NCBI GenBank assembly: GCA_013333495.2
Contig: JABCOR020000006.1
Coordinates: 11,021 to 75,020, forward strand
Length of the DNA stretch: 64,000 bases
Source: Candidatus Saccharimonadota bacterium
GTDB lineage: Bacteria > Patescibacteriota > Saccharimonadia > Saccharimonadales > Saccharimonadaceae
Direction: 5' to 3'
This document shows positions 1-10,465 of the stretch, piece by piece. The notes under the pieces are model-generated. The model saw nothing but the letters and a program-made list of their open reading frames with translations, was not told the DNA's origin and ran no database searches. Made by a program: the position numbers and the translations under genes. Positions within the stretch are counted from its first letter, which is position 1. Each line of letters opens with the position of its first letter.

Positions 1-50
1 TATCACATAGTGCTTAGTTTTACCAGGTTGGCTATGGCCGCCAGTAGGAT

Positions 51-110
51 AAAAAAGGCCCCTGGCGGCCACTAATAGAGACTGTTCTGCTATTAGGGCG
101 TGCCAGGGGC
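51..110 (-). terminator. Intrinsic terminator downstream of ORF 142..975
   Basis: Minus strand: GCCCCTGGC ... inner hairpin CTAATAG/CTATTAG ... GCCAGGGGC followed by CTTTTTTAT. An alternative 10-bp helix (35-44 with 62-71) shares bases with the outer stem. Confidence 0.55.
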
Positions 111-141
111 GGCGACCTGTGCGGGTAATGCACCTATTGTA

Positions 142-975
142 TTAGCGCTTTTTCTGAGATTGCTTCTGGTCGCGTGGACCACTGGTACACAAGATAGCCC
201 TGCTCGGATCTAGCGGCTCGTAGACTGGCTTAGCTCCCTCCTCACAGGGTGAGACCGGCAGATGCAGTCCATCCTTTTGTACAGTCAGGGGTAGATACTT
301 CTCAATGTAGTTTTTAGAAAACGTCTTGAGTAGTTCCTGACTATCGCTTGAGTCGCTTGCTAGCAGCGCGATTGAAAGATAATCGAACCGGCCATTACGA
401 GTATTACGAACAATTTTTTTCAGCTTGTCGTAGCCGAGATCTGGCGAAGCAGAAACCCAGGCAAGGCGTATTTTAGTATACTCATCATTAATTGTATAGC
501 CATCCGCAATGATCGCGGCTGGTGGTAAGTACCTTGCAGTTTGCTTACCGGTAATTAGATCACCGGCAATTAGATTATAGGTAACAGTGGAGTACCACTT
601 TATGCGTATTGACCCGATAGCGGCCTCTGGAAACAGCAGGCTGCCATCTTTGTCTTGCAGCAGGTTGCCATCTTTGTCTTTTGGCGCAAGCATATGATAT
701 AGAAGCTTACCTACTTTGTAATCGCCAATGGCTATTACCATATTCGTGTTAGCGTCCCAGTATGAGCCAGACTTTTCCTTGTAAGGTACATATACTTCAT
801 GCGCCTTTTCTAGGTAGTCAAGCAGTGCTGCTTGATAGTTCTTTGGAAAAATAGCCCGTACAGCCTCGCGTAGTTCGCATCGATGAAACGCAGGCTTGTC
901 GTTACGATTGACTACTGCATTATAGTCAGGTGCAGCATCGATATCAAGAATATGGCGATTGTCACTACGGCCCAT
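142..975 (-). CDS. hypothetical protein (277 aa), no recognisable domain
   Basis: Track ORF 142..1068 trimmed to the ATG at 975 (MGRSDNRH...), which has GGGAG 6 nt upstream. The 31 extra upstream codons run through a conserved non-coding leader element. Confidence 0.6.
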   Translation of the reverse strand: MGRSDNRHILDIDAAPDYNAVVNRNDKPAFHRCELREAVRAIFPKNYQAALLDYLEKAHEVYVPYKEKSGSYWDANTNMVIAIGDYKVGKLLYHMLAPKDKDGNLLQDKDGSLLFPEAAIGSIRIKWYSTVTYNLIAGDLITGKQTARYLPPAAIIADGYTINDEYTKIRLAWVSASPDLGYDKLKKIVRNTRNGRFDYLSIALLASDSSDSQELLKTFSKNYIEKYLPLTVQKDGLHLPVSPCEEGAKPVYEPLDPSRAILCTSGPRDQKQSQKKR

Positions 976-1026
976 GAAAGGCTCCCTTCTCTTCGTTGTT
1001 GCGTGAAATAGGTGTATTGCTAAGGT

Positions 1027-1100
1027 GCACAGGGCAGCTCGGATGAGCTTGTCAGACAAACTGTGCATGCTCTAATCACGAGATACGGTAATAAATTATA
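1027..1100 (-). promoter_or_regulatory. Conserved promoter-proximal leader element, copy 1 (TATAAT plus hairpin-forming 5' UTR box)
   Basis: Minus strand: TATAAT (1095-1100), then CTCGTGATTAGAGCA..CACAG..GTCTGA..AGCTC-ATCC-GAGCT..CTGTG. Near-identical block at 1898-1962. Confidence 0.6.
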
Positions 1101-1189
1101 ATGTAAATAGTATGGTTAGTCAAACAAAACCCCCTCTTGCGGGTAAGCGCACCTGGCGCTCACGAAAGAGGGGGCCTGCGTGTAAGCAG

Positions 1190-1507
1190 CTAGCTGCGAG
1201 CGCTAAATGTGGGATACGGAGATATGATACCCTTCGGCGCAGTTACTGGTTGCTTTTGCGTTGCAGCAGGCTGCTCTGCCAGATGATAGAATAACTCTCG
1301 ACTGGATGGATCACCATCAGCGCGTGAGTTTGAGGCAAAGTTGTTTGCTTGCTCCTCAGGACACTTGATGTTGTAGCTGAAGTTGCTCCTAAGCGGTAGA
1401 GCTACCTGCGCTACTATTTGTGCATCTGTTCTGAGGTCCTCTCGTGCATAGGCGATCGCATCGTCTATTTGCTCTGGCGAGGCGTCTATGGCTGAAGCAT
1501 TAGCCAC
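1190..1507 (-). CDS. hypothetical protein (105 aa), GTG start
   Basis: Track ORF. Overlaps the upstream ORF by 22 nt in another frame. No domain recognised. Confidence 0.4.
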   Translation of the reverse strand: MANASAIDASPEQIDDAIAYAREDLRTDAQIVAQVALPLRSNFSYNIKCPEEQANNFASNSRADGDPSSRELFYHLAEQPAATQKQPVTAPKGIISPYPTFSARS

Positions 1508-1833
1508 ACGTGGCGAATAAATCTTGGCAAGATTGTGCCGTCAATTTTGTATCGCCTGCTGCGTTGCGCTTCCACAACGCAGCCAATTGCTGTTTGCTGC
1601 TTTTCATGTATCCAAGTAATCGGATAAATGCCAACAACTTTTAAATACTTACCCCGGAGGTTCGAAGGTAGCAGCAGCCGCAGTTTGTCTTGGCTTGGAT
1701 TGCTCACCAGGTCTTTAGGCGGCTGCTTATGTGTTAGTTCATGAACTGCCTGAAGATACGGAAGAGCAGACCTGTCAATTTGCAGTGGCTTAGGCCTAAG
1801 CAATGAGTCACCTGATAGTAAAGTATTCCCCAC
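1486..1833 (-). CDS. hypothetical protein (115 aa), GTG start
   Basis: Track ORF. Preceded by leader copy 2. Weak AAAGG upstream. Confidence 0.45.
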   Translation of the reverse strand: MGNTLLSGDSLLRPKPLQIDRSALPYLQAVHELTHKQPPKDLVSNPSQDKLRLLLPSNLRGKYLKVVGIYPITWIHEKQQTAIGCVVEAQRSRRYKIDGTILPRFIRHVWLMLQP

Positions 1834-1897
1834 TAATAATCACAACCTTTCATAGTAGTGTAGGCTCGCACTAGATTTGTAATGTACAAAACTGTTT

Positions 1898-1962
1898 CAC
1901 ACAGGATAGCTCGGGTGAGCTATCAGACGGACTGTGCTCTAACCACGAGTGTAGAAATTATA
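1898..1962 (-). promoter_or_regulatory. Conserved promoter-proximal leader element, copy 2
   Basis: Minus strand: TATAAT (1957-1962), then CTCGTGGTTAGAGCACAGTCCGTCTGATAGCTCACCCGAGCTATCCTGTG. Aligns with 1027-1100. Confidence 0.6.
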
Positions 1963-2057
1963 CCAGTGCGCGCAGCTATCGTCAATGGCCGCTCATATGT
2001 AAAGCCCCCACCAAGCATACTGCTCGGAGGGGGCGCGTGGGCGATTGCCTAAAGGGC

Positions 2058-2330
2058 CTAGCCTTTAATGTAGCCGCCTTTATCGAGTAGGTTTAGTAGC
2101 ACTGGGCGGTTAAAGCCGAGCACCATGTCGTCGCCAATAAAGGTAACAGGGACACCCTGGAAGTTGCCATCGATGCGCTGCATTAGCTCATCACGAGCGC
2201 CTTCGTCGGCTTCAATATCTTTTTTGGTGTATGGGATGCCGAGACTATCGAGCCATTCCATTTCGGTGTGGCAAAATGAGCACCAGCTTGTGCTATACAC
2301 TGTTATTTTTGGAGATGTTGTATCACTCAT
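2058..2330 (-). CDS. glutaredoxin/NrdH-like thioredoxin-fold protein (90 aa)
   Basis: Track ORF trimmed to MSDTTSPKITVYSTSWCSFCH... CxxC active site after the first beta strand, GVPVTFIGD motif, GAGGAA RBS. Confidence 0.8.
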   Translation of the reverse strand: MSDTTSPKITVYSTSWCSFCHTEMEWLDSLGIPYTKKDIEADEGARDELMQRIDGNFQGVPVTFIGDDMVLGFNRPVLLNLLDKGGYIKG

Positions 2331-2421
2331 GCTATTCCTCGCTTTCATTGTGATTTTGTGCCTCTCAGTATGGTAGCATAAAACCCCTGCTATGTCACCT
2401 CTTCTAAAGAGGTTTAGTAGT

Positions 2422-2655
2422 TTATTGGCTACGGCTTGTGAGGTGCCATTTTCGGCATATATCGCACTGATAGTACGATAGCGTCGCTCCGCGTTGCAAT
2501 TCGGCAATAAATGCAGCTTCTTCGGCGGCACGGACGTCAAGGTAGGCGCGTTTCCCCGAGCAGGTGAGCCGGGCGCGCAGCAGTGAATTATTGGTGGTCG
2601 GCCCCTGTTTTTTGACTTGCTGCACAGAGCGACGAGAGTGGTTTTTTCGGGGCAT
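2422..2655 (-). CDS. small basic protein (77 aa) with C-terminal CxxCxxWH motif
   Basis: Track ORF trimmed to MPRKNHSRR... with AAGGAA RBS. C-terminus YYQCDICRKWHLTSRSQ suggests a Zn-knuckle-like end. Confidence 0.55.
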   Translation of the reverse strand: MPRKNHSRRSVQQVKKQGPTTNNSLLRARLTCSGKRAYLDVRAAEEAAFIAELQRGATLSYYQCDICRKWHLTSRSQ

Positions 2656-2665
2656 AATTCCTTTC

Positions 2666-2694
2666 TTGGATTTTTTAAATAATCCTGGTATAGT
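2666..2694 (+). promoter_or_regulatory. sigma70-like promoter of the atp operon
   Basis: TTGGAT (2666-2671), 17-nt spacer, TGgTATAGT extended -10 (2686-2694). Start codon at 2705 leaves a very short leader. Confidence 0.55.
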
Positions 2695-2704
2695 ACTAGT
2701 GTAC

Positions 2705-2953
2705 ATGAGTGTTGAGAATAAATCATCCCAGAAATCTGCGACGGCAGATGGTCGTGTAGATATTATTACGACCCTGCTTAGCACGAACTTACGGATCTTT
2801 GTGCCAACGGTGTTTGGCCCTATTATCGGCTGGGCGGCAGATAAGCTGCTTGGCACGCGCCCACAGTTTATTTTGATCGGGCTTGGCCTGGGGGTTGTGC
2901 TCGCTGCTCTTCTTGTCTATCGGCAATATATTAATGTTATAAAGGAAAAATGA
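2705..2953 (+). CDS. atpZ: AtpZ/AtpI-like small membrane protein preceding atpB (82 aa)
   Basis: Two hydrophobic helices. Position immediately upstream of atpB with ATGA stop/start overlap. Confidence 0.55.
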   Translation: MSVENKSSQKSATADGRVDIITTLLSTNLRIFVPTVFGPIIGWAADKLLGTRPQFILIGLGLGVVLAALLVYRQYINVIKEK

Positions 2954-3783
2954 TGTTTCAATTTTTTGCAGCTACTGGTCCACACATCGATATTCGGGCC
3001 CAAGAGATTTTTCACCTGGGTCCTGTGCCAGTAACCAACTCGATGATGCTTGGCGTTATCGGTATGATTATTACGCTGTGGCTACTATTTGCGGCAGCGC
3101 GTGCAGTTAAACGAGGCCGCAAAGGGTATGTATCGGGCGCAGTGTTAATGATTTATGAAATGCTGCTACGCACCGTGGAAGAGGTAGTCGGCAGCAAGAA
3201 AGCTGCCCGCCGCGTAGCGCCGCTAGCAATTGCTCTCTTTTTCTACATTATTATCAACTACTGGCTTGGCATTTTGCCGATTGTTGGGCCAATCACCAAA
3301 GACGGCGTTCCTGTATTCCGTGGCCTGGTGGCAGACATGAACGTAACATTTGCTCTGGCTATTGTGTCGATGGCTATGGTGCAGGTTCATGCCATGAAGA
3401 AGCACGGCTTCTTTGGCAACCTGGGGCGCTACTTGCGCAACCCATTTAAAGACCCTGCCGGCGCTTTTGAGGGCATCCTAGAGCTGATTGCTGAGTTCTC
3501 TCGCCTGTTGGCACTAAGCCTCCGTTTGTTTGGTAACGTGTTTGCTGGTGAGGTGTTGATTGTGGTGGTTGGTTACTTGACTGCATATTTTGCCAGCGCC
3601 GCAATTTTGCCATTTATGGTATTTGAGCTATTTATTGGCTCTATTCAGGCCTATGTCTTCTTTATGTTGACAACGGTCTTTATTTCGCTCGGTATGGCCG
3701 ATCATGGCGAGCACTCTGCTGATGATCATTCTCCGACTGATATACAAACGATGCGCGAGAGTGATAGAATACAACAGAGTTAA
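2950..3783 (+). CDS. atpB: F0F1 ATP synthase subunit a
   Basis: Polytopic membrane protein with the conserved LSLRLFGN motif carrying the essential Arg. First large gene of the atp operon. Confidence 0.92.
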   Translation: MMFQFFAATGPHIDIRAQEIFHLGPVPVTNSMMLGVIGMIITLWLLFAAARAVKRGRKGYVSGAVLMIYEMLLRTVEEVVGSKKAARRVAPLAIALFFYIIINYWLGILPIVGPITKDGVPVFRGLVADMNVTFALAIVSMAMVQVHAMKKHGFFGNLGRYLRNPFKDPAGAFEGILELIAEFSRLLALSLRLFGNVFAGEVLIVVVGYLTAYFASAAILPFMVFELFIGSIQAYVFFMLTTVFISLGMADHGEHSADDHSPTDIQTMRESDRIQQS

Positions 3784-3814
3784 TTAATAATTAAGTCCAA
3801 AAGGAGACAATATA

Positions 3815-4027
3815 ATGGATTCATTAGCATTTGGTTTGACATACGCAATTTCGGCGTTTGCAGCAGCGATTGGTGCTGGTATGGTTGGTGCCGCAGCACT
3901 TAACGCAGCTGGTCGCAACCCAGAGAAGATTGGTGAGATTCGTGGTTTGACCATTCTTGCTGTGTCATTCGTAGACGCGCTAGCGATTATTGGTTTCGTG
4001 GTAGCAATCCTTGTTAAGGTAATGTAA
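3815..4027 (+). CDS. atpE: F0F1 ATP synthase subunit c
   Basis: 70-aa hairpin proteolipid with Gly-rich helix 1, polar loop RNPEK and carboxylate in helix 2. GGAG RBS. Confidence 0.92.
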   Translation: MDSLAFGLTYAISAFAAAIGAGMVGAAALNAAGRNPEKIGEIRGLTILAVSFVDALAIIGFVVAILVKVM

Positions 4028-4050
4028 TACCCCGAAAGGATCGCTGTATA

Positions 4051-4599
4051 ATGTTAGTAATAGTAACGCAATTTGCGACAGCGGCTCATGGCGGTGGAGA
4101 GCAGCAGAATCTGTTTTCATCGCTCGGCATTGATTGGCGCTTGCTTATTTTGCAGACGATCGCGTTTTTGATCTTACTTGCTATTTTGAGTAAGTTCGTC
4201 TTCCCTGTGCTGACGAAGATGATTGATGATCGTGAGGCAAAGATTAGCGAAGGCCAGCGAGCAGCCGAAGCAGCAGTGCAGCAGGCAGCAGCAGCTCAAG
4301 GAGAAACCAAAGAGCTACTAAAGCAGGCTCGTGCTGATGCGGCCGAGATCGTGGCTGATGCCAAGGCTGAAGCTGCCGAACTGGTGAGCCGTAGTGAAGC
4401 GCAGGCTCGTGACCGTGCAGATACGATTGTGCGTGATGCGCAAGCTCAAATTAGTAAAGAGCTTGGTGCAGCTCGTGCGGCACTTGCCAATGAAACTCGT
4501 AACCTGGTAGCAGCAGCTACTGAAAAAGTGGTAAGTGAGAAGTTCACAAAATCACTGGATGATGAGGCGATTTCACACGCAATTAAAGAGGTGAAATAA
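4051..4599 (+). CDS. atpF: F0F1 ATP synthase subunit b
   Basis: Single N-terminal TM helix followed by a long Ala/Glu/Arg-rich coiled coil. Operon position. Confidence 0.88.
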   Translation: MLVIVTQFATAAHGGGEQQNLFSSLGIDWRLLILQTIAFLILLAILSKFVFPVLTKMIDDREAKISEGQRAAEAAVQQAAAAQGETKELLKQARADAAEIVADAKAEAAELVSRSEAQARDRADTIVRDAQAQISKELGAARAALANETRNLVAAATEKVVSEKFTKSLDDEAISHAIKEVK

Positions 4600-5003
4600 T
4601 GGCTGCTCCGCTATCGCGCCGAGCGCTGGCGCAGCACACTGCCGAGCAGCTACTGGCTGGCGACAAGCAGGCACTTCCACGGCTTGCAGCCTATATAGTA
4701 GATGCCGGTCGTCGCAAAGAGGCAACATTGATTGCTCGAGATATTGAGCGAGCATTGCTTGGCCACGGAGTTTGCGTGGCGACGGTTACGACAGCTCGAC
4801 CATTGTCGGCTGCCCGCCGCAAGGAAATTACCGAACTACTAAAGCACCGGTACGCTGCTCAGCAGGTAGAGCTGCAAGAACAAGTTGATCCAACCTTGCT
4901 TGGTGGCACGGTAATTAAAACGCCTCGCGATGAGCTTGATGCTAGTTTGCGCGCCCGACTTAGCCAGCTAAAAAGCATGAATATAAAGGAAGAACATGAG
5001 TAA
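4599..5003 (+). CDS. atpH: F0F1 ATP synthase subunit delta (short, 134 aa)
   Basis: Operon position between b and alpha. C-terminal [12 protein letters not shown]...LRARLSQL matches the OSCP/delta C-terminus. Confidence 0.8.
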   Translation: MAAPLSRRALAQHTAEQLLAGDKQALPRLAAYIVDAGRRKEATLIARDIERALLGHGVCVATVTTARPLSAARRKEITELLKHRYAAQQVELQEQVDPTLLGGTVIKTPRDELDASLRARLSQLKSMNIKEEHE

Positions 5004-6522
5004 GATATCTGTAAAAGAATTGTCTGCCTCACTACAGAAAGCGATTGCCGACCTTGAGCTAAGCGAAGGGTTTGAAAATACCGGCATCGTGATTCGCGTT
5101 GGTGATGGTACGGCGTGGATTTACGGGCTAGACGATGCTGCATATGGTGATATGCTTGAGATTGAATCAGAGCGTGGCGTCGTTGAAGCATTTGCCCTAA
5201 ATCTGATGGAAGATGAAATTGGTGCCGTGCTTCTTGGTGAAGATACCGAGGTAAAAGCTGGTGCCAAGGTGACGCGCAAGGGTACACAGCTGCAGGTGCC
5301 AGCTGGTCCTGAGCTACTTGGCCGCGTCGTTGACCCACTTGGTCGCCCACTTGATGGTGGCCCAGCTATCGCAGCAAAACAGTTTGGCCTCGTTGAGCGC
5401 CCAGCTGTTGGTGTGATGGGCCGTAAAAGTGTGCACGAGCCACTAATGACCGGTATTATGAGCATCGATGCGATGTTCCCAATCGGTCGTGGCCAGCGTG
5501 AGCTGATTATTGGTGACCGCCAAACTGGTAAAACAGCTATTGCGATCGACACAATGATTAACCAGGCTCGCCAAAAAACTGGCGTGGTAAACGTGTATGT
5601 TGCGATTGGACAAAAGAGTTCAAAGGTAGCTCGCCTTGTCGAGCGTTTGAAGGAAGAGGGTGTGATGGAGCAAACCATCGTTGTGGCGACAAGCCCAAGC
5701 GACCCAGCTTCACTGCTCTACCTTGCGCCATACGCAGCAACTGCTATGGGTGAGTACTTCCGTGACAACAGTGGTCACGCGTTGATGATTTATGATGACC
5801 TAACCAAACACGCAGTGGCGTATCGCCAGATGAGCTTGCTACTTCGCCGCCCACCGGGACGCGAAGCCTTTCCTGGTGACGTGTTCTACCTGCACAGCCG
5901 CCTACTAGAGCGTAGTGCGAAGTTGAGCGATGAGCTTGGCGCTGGAAGTTTGACTGCCCTGCCGATTATTGAAACGCAGGCTGGTGATATTTCAGCTTAC
6001 ATTCCAACTAATGTGATTTCGATTACCGATGGTCAGATCTTCCTCGAGAGTGATCTGTTCAACCAAGGTATTCGTCCGGCAATCTCAGCTGGTCTATCGG
6101 TGTCACGTGTGGGTGGTGCTGCTCAAACTAAGGCTGTGAAGGCTGTTGGTGGAAACCTTAAGCTTGGCCTAAGTCAGTACCGCGAGCTTGCTAGCTTCGC
6201 GCAGTTTGGTAGCGACCTCGATGCTGCGACAAAGTCACAGATCGATCGTGGTCAGCGCCTTACCGAGCTATTGAAGCAGCCACAGTATCAACCAATGGGT
6301 GTGTGGGAGCAGTACGTGAGTATCCACGCGGTAACCAGTGGTGGTTTCGATGCTGTTCCAGTTGCGAAAGTTAAGGAAGCTCAAGACGCATTGCTTGCTG
6401 ATTTGTGGACACGCCACAAAGAAGATATGCGCACATTAAATAAGGGTGGCAAGCCAGATGATGAACTCGTTAGCGTTATCGATCAGGCTGTCGCTAAGGT
6501 GGTTAAGGGATTTGAGGAGTAG
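4996..6522 (+). CDS. atpA: F0F1 ATP synthase subunit alpha
   Basis: Walker A GDRQTGKT. Conserved alpha-subunit blocks throughout. Confidence 0.97.
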   Translation: MSKISVKELSASLQKAIADLELSEGFENTGIVIRVGDGTAWIYGLDDAAYGDMLEIESERGVVEAFALNLMEDEIGAVLLGEDTEVKAGAKVTRKGTQLQVPAGPELLGRVVDPLGRPLDGGPAIAAKQFGLVERPAVGVMGRKSVHEPLMTGIMSIDAMFPIGRGQRELIIGDRQTGKTAIAIDTMINQARQKTGVVNVYVAIGQKSSKVARLVERLKEEGVMEQTIVVATSPSDPASLLYLAPYAATAMGEYFRDNSGHALMIYDDLTKHAVAYRQMSLLLRRPPGREAFPGDVFYLHSRLLERSAKLSDELGAGSLTALPIIETQAGDISAYIPTNVISITDGQIFLESDLFNQGIRPAISAGLSVSRVGGAAQTKAVKAVGGNLKLGLSQYRELASFAQFGSDLDAATKSQIDRGQRLTELLKQPQYQPMGVWEQYVSIHAVTSGGFDAVPVAKVKEAQDALLADLWTRHKEDMRTLNKGGKPDDELVSVIDQAVAKVVKGFEE

Positions 6523-6528
6523 TAGCCT

Positions 6529-7395
6529 ATGGCATCAACTCAGATTCTAAAAACACGTATTCGCTCAGTAAAAAATACCAAGCAGATTACAAAAGCCATG
6601 CAGCTAGTGGCAGCTAGTAAAATGCGTCGAGCGCAAGAAGCTGATAAAGCTTCGGCGCCATACGCACGAGCTGCCGCTGAACTGCTATCGTATCTTGCGA
6701 GCCAGGGTGCGACTGAAGATCACCCACTATTCGAGGAGCGCCCAGTGCGCAATCGCCTACTCGTTGTGGTGTCATCAGACAAGGGTCTTGCCGGCGCGTA
6801 CAATGCAAATATTTTTAAGACATTTTTGCATGAGCTGGAAGCAGATGAGACAGCCGGCGTGCACACAAAAGTGTTGACGATCGGCCGTAAAATATCTCAA
6901 TTTGCGAGTAAGATCAAAAATGTTGAGGTGATCGGCTCGTACAATGATTTGGCTGATAGGCCAGCTGGTCACGAGTTTTACGCTATCATGAATACTCTGC
7001 GCGAGTTGTTTGAAGGCCACTCGGTTGATGCAGTTGATATCATCTACACCGAGTTTGTCTCAAGTTTGACGCAGCGTCCGCACACGATGCGGCTACTACC
7101 GGCTGGTTTTACAGAGGTAGAAGTCAGTACATCGGTGCGGGATGCAAAGTTTGAGCCAAGCGAAGCCGTGGTGATGGATGGTGTAGCAATTCGATTGATC
7201 AGCGCCCAGTTGTCACAGGCTTTGCTCGATGCCCGGGCTAGTGAGCACAGTATGCGTATGATTGCCATGAAGAACGCGACTGATAACGCCAGTGATTTGG
7301 TCGAAGATTTAACACTCGAGATGAACAAGGCGCGTCAGGCTGCTATTACGCAAGAGCTGGCAGAGATCAGCGGTGGCGTAGAGGCTATTGGATAG
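6529..7395 (+). CDS. atpG: F0F1 ATP synthase subunit gamma
   Basis: N-terminal IKTRIRSVKNTKQITKAMQLVAASKMRRAQ and C-terminal NKARQAAITQEL..EI helices typical of gamma. Confidence 0.95.
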   Translation: MASTQILKTRIRSVKNTKQITKAMQLVAASKMRRAQEADKASAPYARAAAELLSYLASQGATEDHPLFEERPVRNRLLVVVSSDKGLAGAYNANIFKTFLHELEADETAGVHTKVLTIGRKISQFASKIKNVEVIGSYNDLADRPAGHEFYAIMNTLRELFEGHSVDAVDIIYTEFVSSLTQRPHTMRLLPAGFTEVEVSTSVRDAKFEPSEAVVMDGVAIRLISAQLSQALLDARASEHSMRMIAMKNATDNASDLVEDLTLEMNKARQAAITQELAEISGGVEAIG

Positions 7396-8808
<1,413 letters not shown>

Positions 8809-8816
8809 GAGGCGGT

Positions 8817-9242
8817 ATGAATCTTGAACTTGTCACACTAACCGGTGTCAAGCATGATGCACCAGCCTATAGCGTAACATTGCCAACTGTGGACGGGGAG
8901 ATTTCGGTCTTCCCTGGCCACGAGCCACTGGTTACTCTGGCGCGTGCTGGAGTAATCTCGGTTCGTGCCAGCAAGCACACTAGCGATACTGATACAGAAT
9001 TTTTCGCCATTAGTGGCGGCGTTATAGAAGTTGCGCCGACCCACGTACGAGTGCTAGTCGACGAGGCCGACCACGGCGAAGAAATCGTTGAAGCTCACAC
9101 CCGAGCCGCGCTCGAACGTGCTATTGCTATGCGCGATGAAGCCGAAACTCAAGTGGAGCGCGAAAAAGCGCATCGCTTGGTGATGCAGCAGCAGGTTCGC
9201 CTTAAGGTTGCAGACTTACATCGTCGCAAGCGTCGACGATAA
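8817..9242 (+). CDS. atpC: F0F1 ATP synthase subunit epsilon
   Basis: Last gene of the operon. Beta-sandwich N-terminus plus helical C-terminus. AGGAGG RBS. Confidence 0.88.
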   Translation: MNLELVTLTGVKHDAPAYSVTLPTVDGEISVFPGHEPLVTLARAGVISVRASKHTSDTDTEFFAISGGVIEVAPTHVRVLVDEADHGEEIVEAHTRAALERAIAMRDEAETQVEREKAHRLVMQQQVRLKVADLHRRKRRR

Positions 9243-9294
9243 CACTACCTGTGAAAAACATGTGGAAAGATTCTCTCCTGTGGATAATCTGTGT

Positions 9295-9320
9295 AAAACC
9301 CTCCCCTGCTGGAGGGTTTT
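9295..9320 (+). terminator. Intrinsic terminator of the atp operon
   Basis: AAAACCCTCC-CCTGCT-GGAGGGTTTT hairpin with a U-tract. Confidence 0.8.
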
Positions 9321-9341
9321 ATAGTTACCTTGGCGATAAAT

Positions 9342-9371
9342 AAAAACCGGCGCAGGTATTTCTACGCCGGC
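9342..9371 (-). terminator. Intrinsic terminator of dus
   Basis: Minus strand: GCCGGCG...CGCCGG hairpin followed by TTTTTATTT. Confidence 0.7.
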
Positions 9372-9400
9372 TAAGGGTTGACTATATAGTAGATTAAAGA

Positions 9401-10360
9401 CTAACGTTTCAGTGTAGCTATCAGCGCGCGCGCTTCGTTAGTGTTTTTAGTTTGCATGAGATTTGCGCGCATATCACTGCTGCCTTCAAAGTCACGAATA
9501 TAGATTTTATAAAACCGCTTCAAAGTTTCGTATGGGCGGCCGGTCACTTTGTGCCACTGGTCGTAGAGCGACAGGTGCAGCTGCAGTAGTTCAAGTAGTT
9601 GCTGCTTTTTGTCTTCTGGGCTGGTAAAGGTGCGGCCAGTAAATGCAAATGGATTACTAAAAATCCCCCGCCCGATCATGATGCCATCTATGTTATGCTC
9701 CTCGGCCAGCTGCTCACCGTGTGCACGGTCCATAATATCACCATTAATCATCAGCGGCGTGTGTGGCGCAATAGCATCACGCAGCTCGCGAATGGGCTGT
9801 AATAGCTCAAAGTGAGCTGGTACTTTGCTCATTTCTTTTTTGGTGCGCAGGTGAATGGTGAGTGCCGCAATGTCTTGTTGCAGCAGGAAGGCCAGCCAAT
9901 CCTGCCACTCATCTACTCGGCTGTAGCCAAGGCGTGTTTTTACACTCACCGGCAGGCCACTCGTTTTTGCGGCGGCAATCATTTCTCCAGCTAGTGCGGG
10001 TGTGCGAATCATGCCGCTACCACCACCGGTTTTGACTGCCGAACTATCAGGGCAGCCCATATTTATATCGATGCCATCATAGCCAAGCGATGCCACGTGC
10101 TCACTCATGTGGATCATGGCTTCTGGAACAGCGCCCCACAGCTGCGCAACAATTGGCGCCTCGTCTTCTGCTTTTACGAGTCGCCCACCGATTGCCTTAT
10201 CTCCGGCCGCATCCCAGCCGGTAGCATTAGTAAATTCAGTAAAAAAGATATCCGGCCGCCCAGCTCGAGCGACGACTTGCCGAAATACAATATCAGTTAC
10301 CGCTTCCATTGGCGCCAGTGCAAAAAATGGCCGCGGCAGTTCATCCCAAAAGTTTTTCAT
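9401..10360 (-). CDS. dus: tRNA-dihydrouridine synthase
   Basis: Dus family blocks: LAPMEAVTD, DINMGCP (catalytic Cys), TIHLRT. Confidence 0.9.
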   Translation of the reverse strand: MKNFWDELPRPFFALAPMEAVTDIVFRQVVARAGRPDIFFTEFTNATGWDAAGDKAIGGRLVKAEDEAPIVAQLWGAVPEAMIHMSEHVASLGYDGIDINMGCPDSSAVKTGGGSGMIRTPALAGEMIAAAKTSGLPVSVKTRLGYSRVDEWQDWLAFLLQQDIAALTIHLRTKKEMSKVPAHFELLQPIRELRDAIAPHTPLMINGDIMDRAHGEQLAEEHNIDGIMIGRGIFSNPFAFTGRTFTSPEDKKQQLLELLQLHLSLYDQWHKVTGRPYETLKRFYKIYIRDFEGSSDMRANLMQTKNTNEARALIATLKR

Positions 10361-10391
10361 ACTAGCATTATTGTAGCGTATTTAGGCGGGC

Positions 10392-10442
10392 AAAAAAAGA
10401 ACCACCAGTGCACGCGCTCCAAAAGGAGGTGCACTTGGTGGT
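10392..10442 (-). terminator. Intrinsic terminator of ORF 10466..10828
   Basis: 13-bp stem ACCACCAGTGCAC/GTGCAC(T)TGGTGGT followed on the minus strand by TCTTTTTTT. Confidence 0.7.
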
Positions 10443-10465
10443 TTGGTGGTAGGCGTACTAATTAG

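Noticed and set aside
1027-1100. Leader element as a hammerhead ribozyme or tRNA-derived fragment
   Set aside because: It contains CUGA followed by a hairpin but lacks the CUGAUGA...GAAA core. The GGTTAGAGCA stretch resembles a tRNA D-arm, but no anticodon or T arm follows.
5121-5678. 185-aa minus-strand ORF, and many other 60-110-aa ORFs inside atpA/atpD/atpG, the helicase, cysS, dnaX and the fusion gene (for example 51058..51516)
   Set aside because: All are embedded antisense or out of frame within strongly supported conserved genes. Their compositions are Ser/Pro/Arg-rich, as expected for shadow frames.
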